Origin: Trichodelitschia bisporula | Lineage: Eukaryota | DNA length: 64,000 bases | Assembly (NCBI GenBank): GCA_010356995.1 | Contig: ML996690.1 | Location: forward strand, 685,420 to 749,419 | Reading direction: 5' to 3' | Shown here: positions 22,982-33,466 of the stretch, one piece after another | How the letters are laid out: each line of letters opens with the position of its first letter | Position numbering within the stretch: the stretch's first letter is position 1 | Notes under the pieces: model-generated | What the model was told of the DNA's origin: nothing | The model's input: only the letters and a program-made list of their open reading frames with translations | The model's database searches: none | Position numbers and translations under genes: made by a program

Positions 22982-24908
22982 TTAAACCGGCCCGTCATCA
23001 AGCAACTTCCACTTCTTCTCGGCTGCCCTGGAGCCCACACGCACCGCCACAGCACCGAGCGTATTGACAATGGCGTCCTTAGTGATCTTCGGGAACCTGT
23101 ATTGTAGAATAAGCATATGAACCCCATTTCTTCTAGTCCCGAACCACTTACTTGCGTTTGAGATCCTCAATTAGAGCAATCTTGGTCATGTCGCTGCCGT
23201 CAATAGCCTCCTTGAACGCCGCAAGGTCCTCGGCCGGCACCATGCGCTTCGTAGTAGCCAGCGTCGCGAGCGCCTTCGGACCCGTGCCCGCCGCCTTTGC
23301 GCCGACAGGCGGAACGGGTTTGTCAAGCGGGCTGCTGCCGTTGAGGCGCGTCTGCAGGGGAAAGCGTGTCTTGGTGGCCGCAGAGCCAGGGTTCGTCGGT
23401 GCGGCAGCGGTAGCTGACTCAGAATCCCAGTACTTGGTGGAGTGCGGGTCGACGGAGGTAACGCTGGAGTCTGCAGCTGTTAGGGAGGTCTTCAAAATCG
23501 AAAAGGTAGGCCTACCGAGCAGGAAGACAATCTTATACTCGTCCAGATCAACTGTTTCACCTGTCTCCGCGTTCCGCGACACGCCCTTTTCGTCCTCCCA
23601 GCACAGGCCCGTGGACACAGGCAGCAGGTCCGTGGTGATAATGCCACGCCGGTGCTTCGCTGCATCTACGGCACCCTCGTCGTCCACGAAGTCTTCCATG
23701 TCTTCGTCCCCCGGCTCATCCTCCTCCTCCTCCTCACCTTCCGACGCCAGATCCTCGCCCTCTTCAGGTTCTTCCCATTCCGCCTCCGAGTCGTACTCAT
23801 AGTTGACGCCCTCCATGATTCGATGGTTCGGGTTTCTAGCCGCTTTGCGCAGTTTGTCCACGTCCTGGCATTTAGTGCACGTTCCTACATATGGTGGACG
23901 CACGTCTTCACAGAAATGCAGGTACTTCATGGGGATGCAAAAGAGTGTGGCCAGCGGGTCGTAGGTTGAATTTGTGAGGTCAATCGGGGAACTTGAAGAT
24001 AAACCCTGAATTTTGTCGACGAGGCGACGCACCGGTGGATCAACACGGCCGCGGCGGGGACCCTTGGGAAAGTAGTGGTGGACGGCCATGGGCTCTTGCT
24101 TGTCGCCAGAAAACTTATCGAGTTCGGAGCAGATGCGTTCTAATTCCTCCTTGGGTGGAAGTTGAGGATTGATAGGCGCAAGGATGGTGTGCTGGGGAAG
24201 GCAAAAGGGGAGGAAGTATCTGTTGTACTCGCGAACCTGATTTTGTGAGGACGAAAGTTTGCTACAAACGGTTAAACTTACTTGTGCGTCTTTCGGATTG
24301 ACCTTCATTGGACTAGCGGTAGTCCGAGGCTTAGATGACGTTGCGGTCGTCCCTTCTTTCAGCGCTGGCTTTGCAGGTGAAGCATCGGCGGGCTTGGAAG
24401 CGAAAAAGGAGCTGAGGCGCAATTGAGACTACAACGTCAATGCCTGACAACTCTTACGAGAGCTTGTACTTACACGCTCCTTCTTACGCTGCTCCTCTTC
24501 CTTCTTCTGCTTCTCGAACTCCTTTGCCTTTCTCTTCTCCTCCCGCTCCTCTGCTCTGCGACGCTTCTCCTCATCTTTCACCCGCTGCTCTTCCTCCCGC
24601 TTCGCTTTTGACTCGGCCTTCTCCTTCACCTTGGCTTCCTTTTCCGCCTCCAGCTGCTGCTTCTCGGCGATCGTCAACTTGCGGCGCTTCGCCGGCGCCG
24701 GGTTCGCGTAGGAGCCGGCAGGGCGATTAGGGAGTGTTTGCGACGGTTGTGAGAGCGAGTTCGGATCCGCAATGGACTTCGGAGACGTGAGCACAGAGGA
24801 ACTGAGAACAGAGTCCACGTCGTCACCGGCCCCTTCACCATTAGCGTCGGCGAGGGACCGCTTGCGTGGCGTCGACGGGGTTGACGACATGGGGACGTCG
24901 TCCGCCAT
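22982..24908 (-). CDS. RLF2: Chromatin assembly factor 1 large subunit (Cac1/Rlf2/p150)
   Basis: K/E/R-rich coil, PIP-like QLRLSSFF, MKYLHFCEDVRPPYVGT, NYEYDSEAEWEE acidic tract, C-terminal winged helix. Introns 24429-24473, 24237-24281, 23471-23515 and 23097-23151. Confidence 0.92.
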
Positions 24909-24930
24909 GATCAAAAAGCGGAAGAATAAC

Positions 24931-24988
24931 GGGCGGCGTTGGTCGGAGGGGCGGCGTTGGTCGGAGGGGCGGCGTTGGTCGGAGGGGC
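24931..24988. repeat. Perfect 18-bp minisatellite, 3.2 copies (GGGCGGCGTTGGTCGGAG)
   Basis: Units at 24931-24948, 24949-24966 and 24967-24984 plus a partial unit. Confidence 0.95.
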
Positions 24989-25058
24989 AGTAATGCTATG
25001 TGGATCGAGCGTTGACGTCGGCGGTGCGTGTGAATTGAACAGTTAGATGTTAAAGAGC

Positions 25059-25100
25059 ACGCGCAACCGACGCGTCGAAGCGGACGCCTTCGTGACGCGC
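25059..25100. promoter_or_regulatory. MCB-like elements in the divergent CAC1/SPO11 promoter
   Basis: ACGCGT at 25070-25075 and ACGCGC at 25059 and 25095. Confidence 0.55.
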
Positions 25101-25310
25101 CATTCCTTAAGTAGGTTAGCGTATTTTAGCCTTATCGCCTTCTAGCCTTGTGGCCTCCCGCACGGATGCCCAGGGGCCACACGAAAAGTCGTGGCTGCCC
25201 TAACAGGGCATCTTCATGGACGAGGCGGTCACCACTTTTTCAGGTGATATTTAGTCGCTGGTCACTTCCTCAGATATCCCATATCTTCTCCCAGAGATGG
25301 GACCAACATC

Positions 25311-26877
25311 ATGTCTGCAGATCTTTCATTGCGACTGTCTAATTATGCGGCTCCTACCAACGAGGCAAATATTCCGGTAGCAGAGACAGAAGACTCAGGC
25401 TCGAGGCCCAAAGCACCTCCGAGGCGGGACAGGTTTGTCAAAAGCCAGAAGTCTGCTTCGGCTCTTTCCACTGCACAATACTGATATGCTTCCATGCAGC
25501 CAGTATGTTCTTTCTCGTATCGAGTACATCTTCGAGTCCCAAGTTGACGCCTTGTTGGCGGAGAACAAACCGCTGTCCGTTACCCTTCAGATACGACGAG
25601 CTGTGAAGCCCTCGGGAACCCAAGAGGATGGCCATTCCAAAGTAAAGGCGATTGCTCCTCGCTTCCGTAAATTTGAATTTCCAGGTAAATCTGAGCAGGA
25701 AGCATGGCGATACTGTACGCCAATGCCCTACCTAGGCTGTATCCCGCTTAAATTTCCCAGCTGTCATCCTTCGCGTGCTCGAGATCATCCATGAGGCTTT
25801 GACGGAGGATATGATCTTCACAAAGAGGTACTTTCCTGTCTGGAACTCTGCATAGTCGACTCAAGGAGATCAGGGAAATCTTCTACAGAGATCCTGCTCT
25901 ATTCAACCAGCAGCTCGTCGTTGACCGCACTGTTGACGACCTAGCCTTCACCTTCGGGGTACCACGACAGCTTCTGAACGTGGTAGCACTCTCACTGCTC
26001 TTTCTTCTCGTACCTTGATGCTCAGTGACTTGCAGACTGCCACTGCAAAAGGACTTGCTGCCGGGGCCTTTACCATCCACCGTCAGGACAAGTCATCTGT
26101 AAAAGGATGGCTGGATCGCGAAGTGAAGCCCACCAGATAAGACGGATGTCGGTAAAACGTATGCTGAATGATTTAGGGAACGTTGATCTCGCCCATTGGC
26201 GAAAATGATACGGTCGAGATGCCCGACGTCGAATGGATTCTCGTTATCGAGAAAGAGGTAGGCCCAACGGCGCCTTTTCGTGCACTCACTTACCCCAGAG
26301 GCAACCTTCCACTCCCTAGCTGTATCTCCTTTCTGGGAGACTATCAAATCTCGCGGCATCATTCTCACAGTAAGTCCCCTCTCATCCGCAGCGGCAGGAC
26401 TCACCGTCCCAGGCCAAAGGCTATCCCGACCTCTCCACCCGTGCCTTCCTCCGCTTTCTCTCTTCCCATGCACCGCATGTCCCAATACTCGGCCTCGCCG
26501 ACTTTGATCCAGACGGAATCGAGATCTTCTCCGTTTACAAGCACGGCTCCATGGCACTCCCGCACGAAAACGCAGCGCTCAAAGTACCTTCGCTGCACTA
26601 TCTCGGTATTGACAGTGCGATACTGTCGGAGCAGGGGAACGCACGGCAGGAGCAGGGACTGCTGCAACTGTCGCTGAGAGATAGACGGAGAGCTATGGCT
26701 ATGCTCAGGAGAGCGCCGTTTGTTGAAGGGGGAAAGGAACCCGGATTGCGGAGAGAGTTGCAGGTCATGCTTATGCTAGGTGTCAAGGCGGAGATCCAGG
26801 TGCTAGAAGCACGGGATGGTGGACTAGTGCGTTGGTTGAAGGAAGCTCTAAAGGGAGCCTGCAGTCAGAATGGCTGA
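25311..26877 (+). CDS. SPO11: Meiotic recombination protein SPO11 (TopoVI-A)
   Basis: Spliced product has FPGK..EAWR, TKREIFY (catalytic Tyr), TAKGL, ILVIEKEATF, AKGYPDLSTR, ADFDPDG and KAEIQ. Multi-intron; start codon uncertain. Confidence 0.92.
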
Positions 26878-27004
26878 CGACTTTCCCGATCAACATATCG
26901 AAGTACCAGGATTCGAAGACGTAGCTGAGGTTATCTTTTCATTTTCAAGCGGTTATCCCAACTTGGACGCATTCAATGGTACTCACACACTATGGACAGC
27001 CCGT

Positions 27005-28239
27005 CTACCTTGACCTCCACTCCTGGAGTGCCGCAAAACCCTCTCCTTGCGTCGACTCAACGAGCTCCTCGATCTTAGCCGCTGCCCTGTCCAGCCGTCC
27101 CTCGACAACAGGCAAAAGCGTCCGCAGCTGCTCGTGAAGCCCTTTGCCCATACGCTCACCCAAACCCTCCTCCGCGATCTTCAGCCCAAAGTACACCGGT
27201 ATCCAGTTCGAAACCTTCTTGTTCAGATCGTAAGCCGCAGCCGCAGGCTTCATATCCTCGGCCACCGCCCACGCCTCATCATCATTCTAAGCACGTCAGC
27301 CGCGTCCAACATCAACACCCAAAACACTCACCAACGCCTTCAGCTGCCGCTCCAACACCGGCAGCATCCGCTTCACCATCACAACCAGCGTCTCCTCATC
27401 CTCACCCCCCGTCTTCGCCATCCTCGCCGTCAACTCCAGCGCCGTACCCACAACCAGCGGCTCCGCACGCGGATCCCGCCCCGCCTGATGCGCCGGCAGA
27501 TCCATGTACTTGAGCACCTCGCGCACGCGACTCAGCGCCTTAGCCGTAGCATCAGGGCTCCAGGCCTCACGCCGGGCCGCATTGCGAATCTCGCGGAACA
27601 CGGGTTCGCGCACTTGGCGCTCAGCCAGGCTCATGCCATTGCGGCCGGCCTCGCGCAGGCAGCGGATGACGGTGGAAATGGCACCGGCGGTCGCGGCGCG
27701 GGTCACAAACAGCGCGAGCCAGGAGGGGCGCAGAGTGCCTTCGCTTTTGTTACGCGCGGTGTGGAAGCCTTCGAGCAGGGCGGGGAAGTTGGCCCAGTCG
27801 TCGGGGGAGGAGGAGAGGTGTAGGGCGCGGAGGAAGGAGTTCGCGGGGGGGATGTCGGTTAGCACGTCCAGGTGTTCGAGGCGGACTTCTTCGTTCCCGA
27901 TGGTGGCGTAGATGGCTTCGTTTTCGAGCTGGGATTTATATTTTTGGCGTTGGATGCGCTTGCGTTGGGTGTCGTTTAGGTAGCCGGGGATGAAGACTTT
28001 GGAGCGTATGGTGGTGAGGAGGGTTTCGAGCTCGGGATTGGAGGAAGGGCGGAAGGTTGGGAGGGTTCCTAGAGGGTCAGATTGGGGAGCTGTGGGATGT
28101 TCATGAGGAATAGGTACTCACTCCGCTTAAGGCACCGTGCAGAAGAGGAGAATGCGCGGGGAGTGCTGGAGTTGAGACAACGCAGCAGCGGCCCATTGCT
28201 GCGGCAGAGCGAGAACGAGAGACCCCCTGAGGCATTCAT
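27005..28239 (-). CDS. Uncharacterised, probably mitochondrial protein
   Basis: R/S/L-rich presequence MNASGGLSFSLCRS...RAFSSSARCLKR. Two GT-AG introns join it to LPTF.PSSNPELETLL and to ORFs 27296-27865 and 27005-27265. Confidence 0.7.
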
Positions 28240-30682
28240 CGGTGCGGAATTGGCGCGAGGTGAGTCGGAGGGAGTGCAATGGCCGTTGCGTGTAGTTTGA
28301 CGCCGTTGTCAAAAGTTCGAGATTGCCAAGACTGTGGCGTTGATGCCAGGCTTCATGGCGCAGAATGTGGCCTGAAAATCGAGGCCGCAGGTTTTTGTGA
28401 TATCTATTGCGATCCTGCAAGTGCATCCATTTGCGTTACCCGTTACTCGAACGACAACTTCACTATTTGGCAGCCTTCGCTTTTACAGACTCTCCGTCGG
28501 GAAAAGGTCAAGTGAACTCTAATCTTCGATTGCCTCGGTTTGAAATGGAGTCATATCTTTGTGCTCTGTACGATCTGTATCTCTGATGCTATGTAGTTCT
28601 ACGAGTACTGCACTCTCCGCTCTACGAAAATATGACATGTACCTCTCTAAGCTCCCTCGAACCTTCTGGAGAACCTTTTTCCGATACGGGAGCTATTAAC
28701 AGCCTGACCCCACTTGCGCATGACCCATTCTGCGGGATTATGTGATCTCAGATCGGATTCCCCCCACCTAAGGCGATCAGTTCGCCGTACAAGAAATCAC
28801 ATGAAGCGGAGGGGCGGGCGATTCAACATGACCCAAGATCTCCGGATTAGGAGCGAGAGAACACTGGTATGCAACATCACGCCACCTGCGCTCAGCCGTT
28901 CATGGACAATCTGCTGTACGAAAGATCGCCAGCATGGAATTTAGCAGTCTCCGGAACAAGCGTGCACGCTCCACACGGCATCTGTTATTAGCACACTACT
29001 CCGAGCGAGCGTAGCGGTAGCTTAAGCCTAAGAGTGCTGATAGGATAGTAGCATCGGAACGGCCGAGCAAGACGACATCCGACCCTTATACTTTCCGCAC
29101 ATCTCGCTCGACCGTTAATAATAAGCAAAACCAGATGCCACTGCAGGTTGCAGAGTGCTTCGCAGCACATCCGTGCCATTGGGCCATGCGCCGTATTACC
29201 GTCAACCTCAGCTGCAGCGGCTGTTCGCTTAGTATATACCCCTCAGAACACAGCCCCACGCAATTTGGCAATCGAAGCTACAATTTATGGCCTTCATGAG
29301 TGCGGAAAGGACTCCGAATACCGCGTGATTTGGCGACATTGCGGTTCGCCACGTTGTGGGGCTATCTCGCTCCCCTTGTCCCACGAGCTCGGCCCTCTCG
29401 TAAGATGTTGCACCGTATGTAACGTTGACTATTCAAGGTAACATCTCACGAAAAGACTTCCACGATTGACAGGCAAGCCGACGATCCAATAAATATCCCG
29501 TTCAATCACACCGCCAGCATCGCGCGTCTAGTCCGGATCGGCCGTACGAGTGGTAGCCAGAACACCCGTGCTGGAGCGCAAGGCTGATGTACTCTCGCGG
29601 AAAGGTGCCCGTTCCGATTCGGTATCCTTCAGAGAGCTGCGCCGCGGAGATCCCGAAGCTCGTCATTGGATTTTAGCCTCGGTGCTTTTTTAGGCCCATG
29701 GCAAACCTTTCAATCGGGCCCACTTCCAGGCGGAAAACTGTTTGACACCATAACCGTTGTACGATCTAAATAGAAGCTGATAGTCGACTTTCCACATCAA
29801 GCTTCTGACAAGGCGATGCGCATCATTGGCTCGGCATGTGGGCCACTCGGCAAACTTCTATTGCAGCTAGCCGCCAAGGTGAAGAGGTCTGTGAGCAATT
29901 GTCTTTGCTCTAAGCTGTCTTGATACGGTACAAAACTTGTGCTGGTGTGAGGTTGATGGTCACTCGGAACAGTATTGTCGCACAAAGCAAGGGAAGGGAG
30001 CAGAAACATCGCGCTGGGGGTTGGTAAGGGAGTGTTGAGAGGGCTCGTGAATCTCATCGCGATCACAACCCATACGGTGTGGCGAGCTAGAACTAATATG
30101 CGGAGTACCTGGTTGAAGAAAGAAGATAGGAGGGCTCTCGGAAGAATATGTAAAGTGTCTAAAGTGTGTAAATAGAGCTTGGCGATTGAGTGAAGTGGCA
30201 TCTCCTTGACGCCAGACGCCTTCCAAGGAAACTTTGACCCCGCGGCTGACTCGTACCCGCCTTGTCACCTCAGGCTCAGACACCAAACCCTTTTAGAGGC
30301 CCAGCCCGCGACTGACCTCATCAACACCAATTACCCTAAAGCGTGTCCTCCTCCTCCGCCTTGCTCCGACTCCGAACCGCTGAACCTTCTCACACTAGGA
30401 CCATCTCTAATCCTTCGTTCCTTCACGCCCAAACTACATCTCGACCACGAAACCACACCTTCTCCCTTTCCTCCTCCAGCGGAACCACCGGTTTCCTGTC
30501 ACACTCCCGCCCTGCTCCTTCCATAGGCCCTCCCATCCTGCACTCCCTCGCCTTCTCTCGCCCAATCTCGGCATATCTTGCAGGTCTACCTTGCAGCACC
30601 ATCCAAACAGACTCTCAACTTCGATCGCGCCGCGTCGTCCTCCTCCCCCAACCCTTCCCCACCCCACCCCTCCTTCTCCGCC

Positions 30683-32020
30683 ATGTCCGCCCCGCTCTTA
30701 GACTCGTACATTCCACACAGAAAGCCGCTCCCGGCGCACAGCGCAGTAGCCGCCTACCATCCCGCCAGTTCCGATCAAGAAGGGGCCGGTTCAGCCCCAC
30801 AAAGGGCTATTCCCTCCAGCTCGTTTCCACAAACAGAACAACGCCCACTGTCCACAATGAATCTCCCACTTCGCCATCCTCCTCAAATGTACAATCAGCA
30901 ACAGCAATATGCTCCCTATCATCCCCATCAGGGTCCCGCTCTCACGCACTCTTCCTATTCAACCATGACAAGTCAGCAGCCCAACCAATCCCAAAACCGC
31001 CGCACACTCTCCAACGCCACTGCCTCCACATCGTCCACTGGGTCTTCTCTCCATCATGGCCAGTCCCGCCATCAGTACACCGCCTCACAGTCTTCGGCAT
31101 CAGCTCCTATCCGCCGCTCCTCTTCCTCCCGCTCGGGCGCGTCAACTTCAAGCACGAACCCCACTTCATATGTAGCCTTGCTTCGCAAACAAAAAGCTAC
31201 CGTCTGGTGCGACCGCAGCCAAGCTTCCGACCCTCGTCTACGCCTTCAACAACGCATCGCTCGAGAGCGCGCGGCCGGAGAAATCGGAACGGGTGGAAGT
31301 TTAAGAGGTGGGGCTACGCCGCCGATGGGCGCCAGTAGTGCTAGCGAGGGTCGCACCTTTACCGGCACTGGCAACCTGGCACGCAAGATTCGACATCATG
31401 GCGCCGCGCGGACGGTGCAGGTTGGCACGGTAACTGGTGTGGGAGGCGTTCCCATGCGTTTGAGCGCGACTGAAGTCGACGACGACGAAGAAGATGATTA
31501 CGCCCATTCCTACTCCATGGCGCGCCAAGGTGTCCATAATCATAAGGAAGAAGCCGAGGACTGGCTTCGGCCGGGAGCACAGCATCGGCGTGCGGATTCG
31601 GGTCGCAGTGTTGGGAGTGCTGGCCACAAACCCAATCAAACCTACCAACCTGGACACTCTCGCTCCCCCTCGGACTCTATACCACACATTGCTGAGGAGG
31701 ATACCGTCGCCGGTCCGCCGTACAGCGCCAGCGGACCGAGCTACTACCCTACTGGCTCTCTGGCAAACGCCCGCAGCAGGAACGGCTCGCGCAGATCTCG
31801 CACGTCCTCGGGTAGTGGTGGGAGCGGAGACCAGCGCGAACGGGAGAATTCCTTTGGCAGCATGGGGCCGTTGAGAGAAGCTGATTCCGAGGCCACCAAA
31901 AACTCGCAGCAGGAGAGCCTTGACGAGCTGAAGCGCCGCGGGAGTGTGGACGAGAGAGCCATGACGATGAGTGGGCGTGGAGTGCGTTTGTTTGTTGCTA
32001 ATCCCGATTTGAGTGATTGA
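30683..32020 (+). CDS. Fungal hypothetical protein, Ser-rich and disordered
   Basis: Long single ORF with motif-like blocks YVALLRKQKATVWCDR, VPMRLSATEV and RRGSVDER...LFVANPDLSD. Confidence 0.75.
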   Translation: MSAPLLDSYIPHRKPLPAHSAVAAYHPASSDQEGAGSAPQRAIPSSSFPQTEQRPLSTMNLPLRHPPQMYNQQQQYAPYHPHQGPALTHSSYSTMTSQQPNQSQNRRTLSNATASTSSTGSSLHHGQSRHQYTASQSSASAPIRRSSSSRSGASTSSTNPTSYVALLRKQKATVWCDRSQASDPRLRLQQRIARERAAGEIGTGGSLRGGATPPMGASSASEGRTFTGTGNLARKIRHHGAARTVQVGTVTGVGGVPMRLSATEVDDDEEDDYAHSYSMARQGVHNHKEEAEDWLRPGAQHRRADSGRSVGSAGHKPNQTYQPGHSRSPSDSIPHIAEEDTVAGPPYSASGPSYYPTGSLANARSRNGSRRSRTSSGSGGSGDQRERENSFGSMGPLREADSEATKNSQQESLDELKRRGSVDERAMTMSGRGVRLFVANPDLSD

Positions 32021-33466
32021 TTTGGAAGTCAATGATGGGTTATGCGCCTTGTAGGGGACATGGTTTACTGGCATATCTGGGCATTTCGTTCTCGATTGAC
32101 TACATGATACCTATTCTTGCATCTGATGGGCTGGGAAGTGAAGGTTTAGGTTCTTAGTAGCTGATTAGCTACCAGTGGAACGTGTATTGCTCTTTCCGGA
32201 TTTGGGTACGGGATATGGGTTCACCATGGGCAAGGCGTAGCAATGGAAGCCTTACTGTCTGGTGCGAACTTGAGGTTGCTATGAAACGAGTGACGTTTGA
32301 CAGCCATTACGATGGAGGCCAGGGTGCCGACGTAACGGCCTTGGAACGCATGGCGCCCGTCCTTGACTTTTCCCTTTTCTGTACGTCCGCCGCGGACCAA
32401 GACGGACGGCGGAAAGCTTTAATCCCGCGGCCCCGGCGAGTAACAGGGACACGATGTGCACCCTTTTTCTTCTTGTGCCTTGGCCGATGCAAAGCGCCGA
32501 TCCGCCGGGTCCGCCGTTGCGGGACGATCCGCGCGGTCTTGGAAGGGACGTCATTGGCGCCTTGGGCGCAGTGCCTGGCGCGTTCGCTGGACGACAACTG
32601 GAATGTGGGTGAGGGAAACTATCACAGCTTCATTCGCTTCACGCGTTTATTGGCTTGTTGACGCATACATAATCTTTGTGGCTCTCATAGACTGATTGAT
32701 GGTTGCCTTCTTCCGTTCATTTTCGCAATTGAATCGCTCACATGGCTTCGTTGTCGATTCATTATTGTCGTCCTGTTTGAACGACTATGCTGTTGAAGGC
32801 GTCTCAATGGTGGCTTTATGGACAAGGAAGATGCTCACGTAGGTAATCGCTGAGTATTAAGCTCATTTACTTCTAGTTTTGAAGAGATGGATTGCCTTGT
32901 CTTGAGCTATGCATTTGCAGCTCTACCGACAACCTTACTACTGTGAACAAGACTTCAACCCTCGGGAAGGATCGTGCACCTTCAAGCCTCTCCTTGTCTC
33001 TCTTCACATTCCAAATTCAATTTTTTCTGGAAACGCTATGATCTGGACAAGTCCGAAGATGGCATTCTTAGTCTCCTTGCGTGATGTCTATGTTCTCGGT
33101 CTCCTCCCTCGTCTACATTCCGACCGCTGGCCCCAAGATGCATACCGCAGGAAAATCAAAACAACTCTGCAGATTTGCCCGTATTGCGCTTTTGAATGCT
33201 GACCATCCTCGCCTTTCGTGTCTGATGCGCAAAAAACGACACCGCGGTAAGCGCGATACTCGAGGACGATCAGACACCGACCGCCGGACGCCAGCTTGGA
33301 ACTCCATCTCCATCGCCGCGTGCCTAGGGGATCGACACTCACAATAGGATACGGCCTTTGATTTGTGGCGGAGCTCACATCACTCCAATCGCCCTTTTGA
33401 TCAGGACCGAAGAGACGATTTCCGACAATCAGCAAACTCGGACGACTCCCAAACACTTCGTCCACC

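Noticed and set aside
24931..24988. CRISPR-like array
   Set aside because: Direct tandem repeats without spacers, in a eukaryote.
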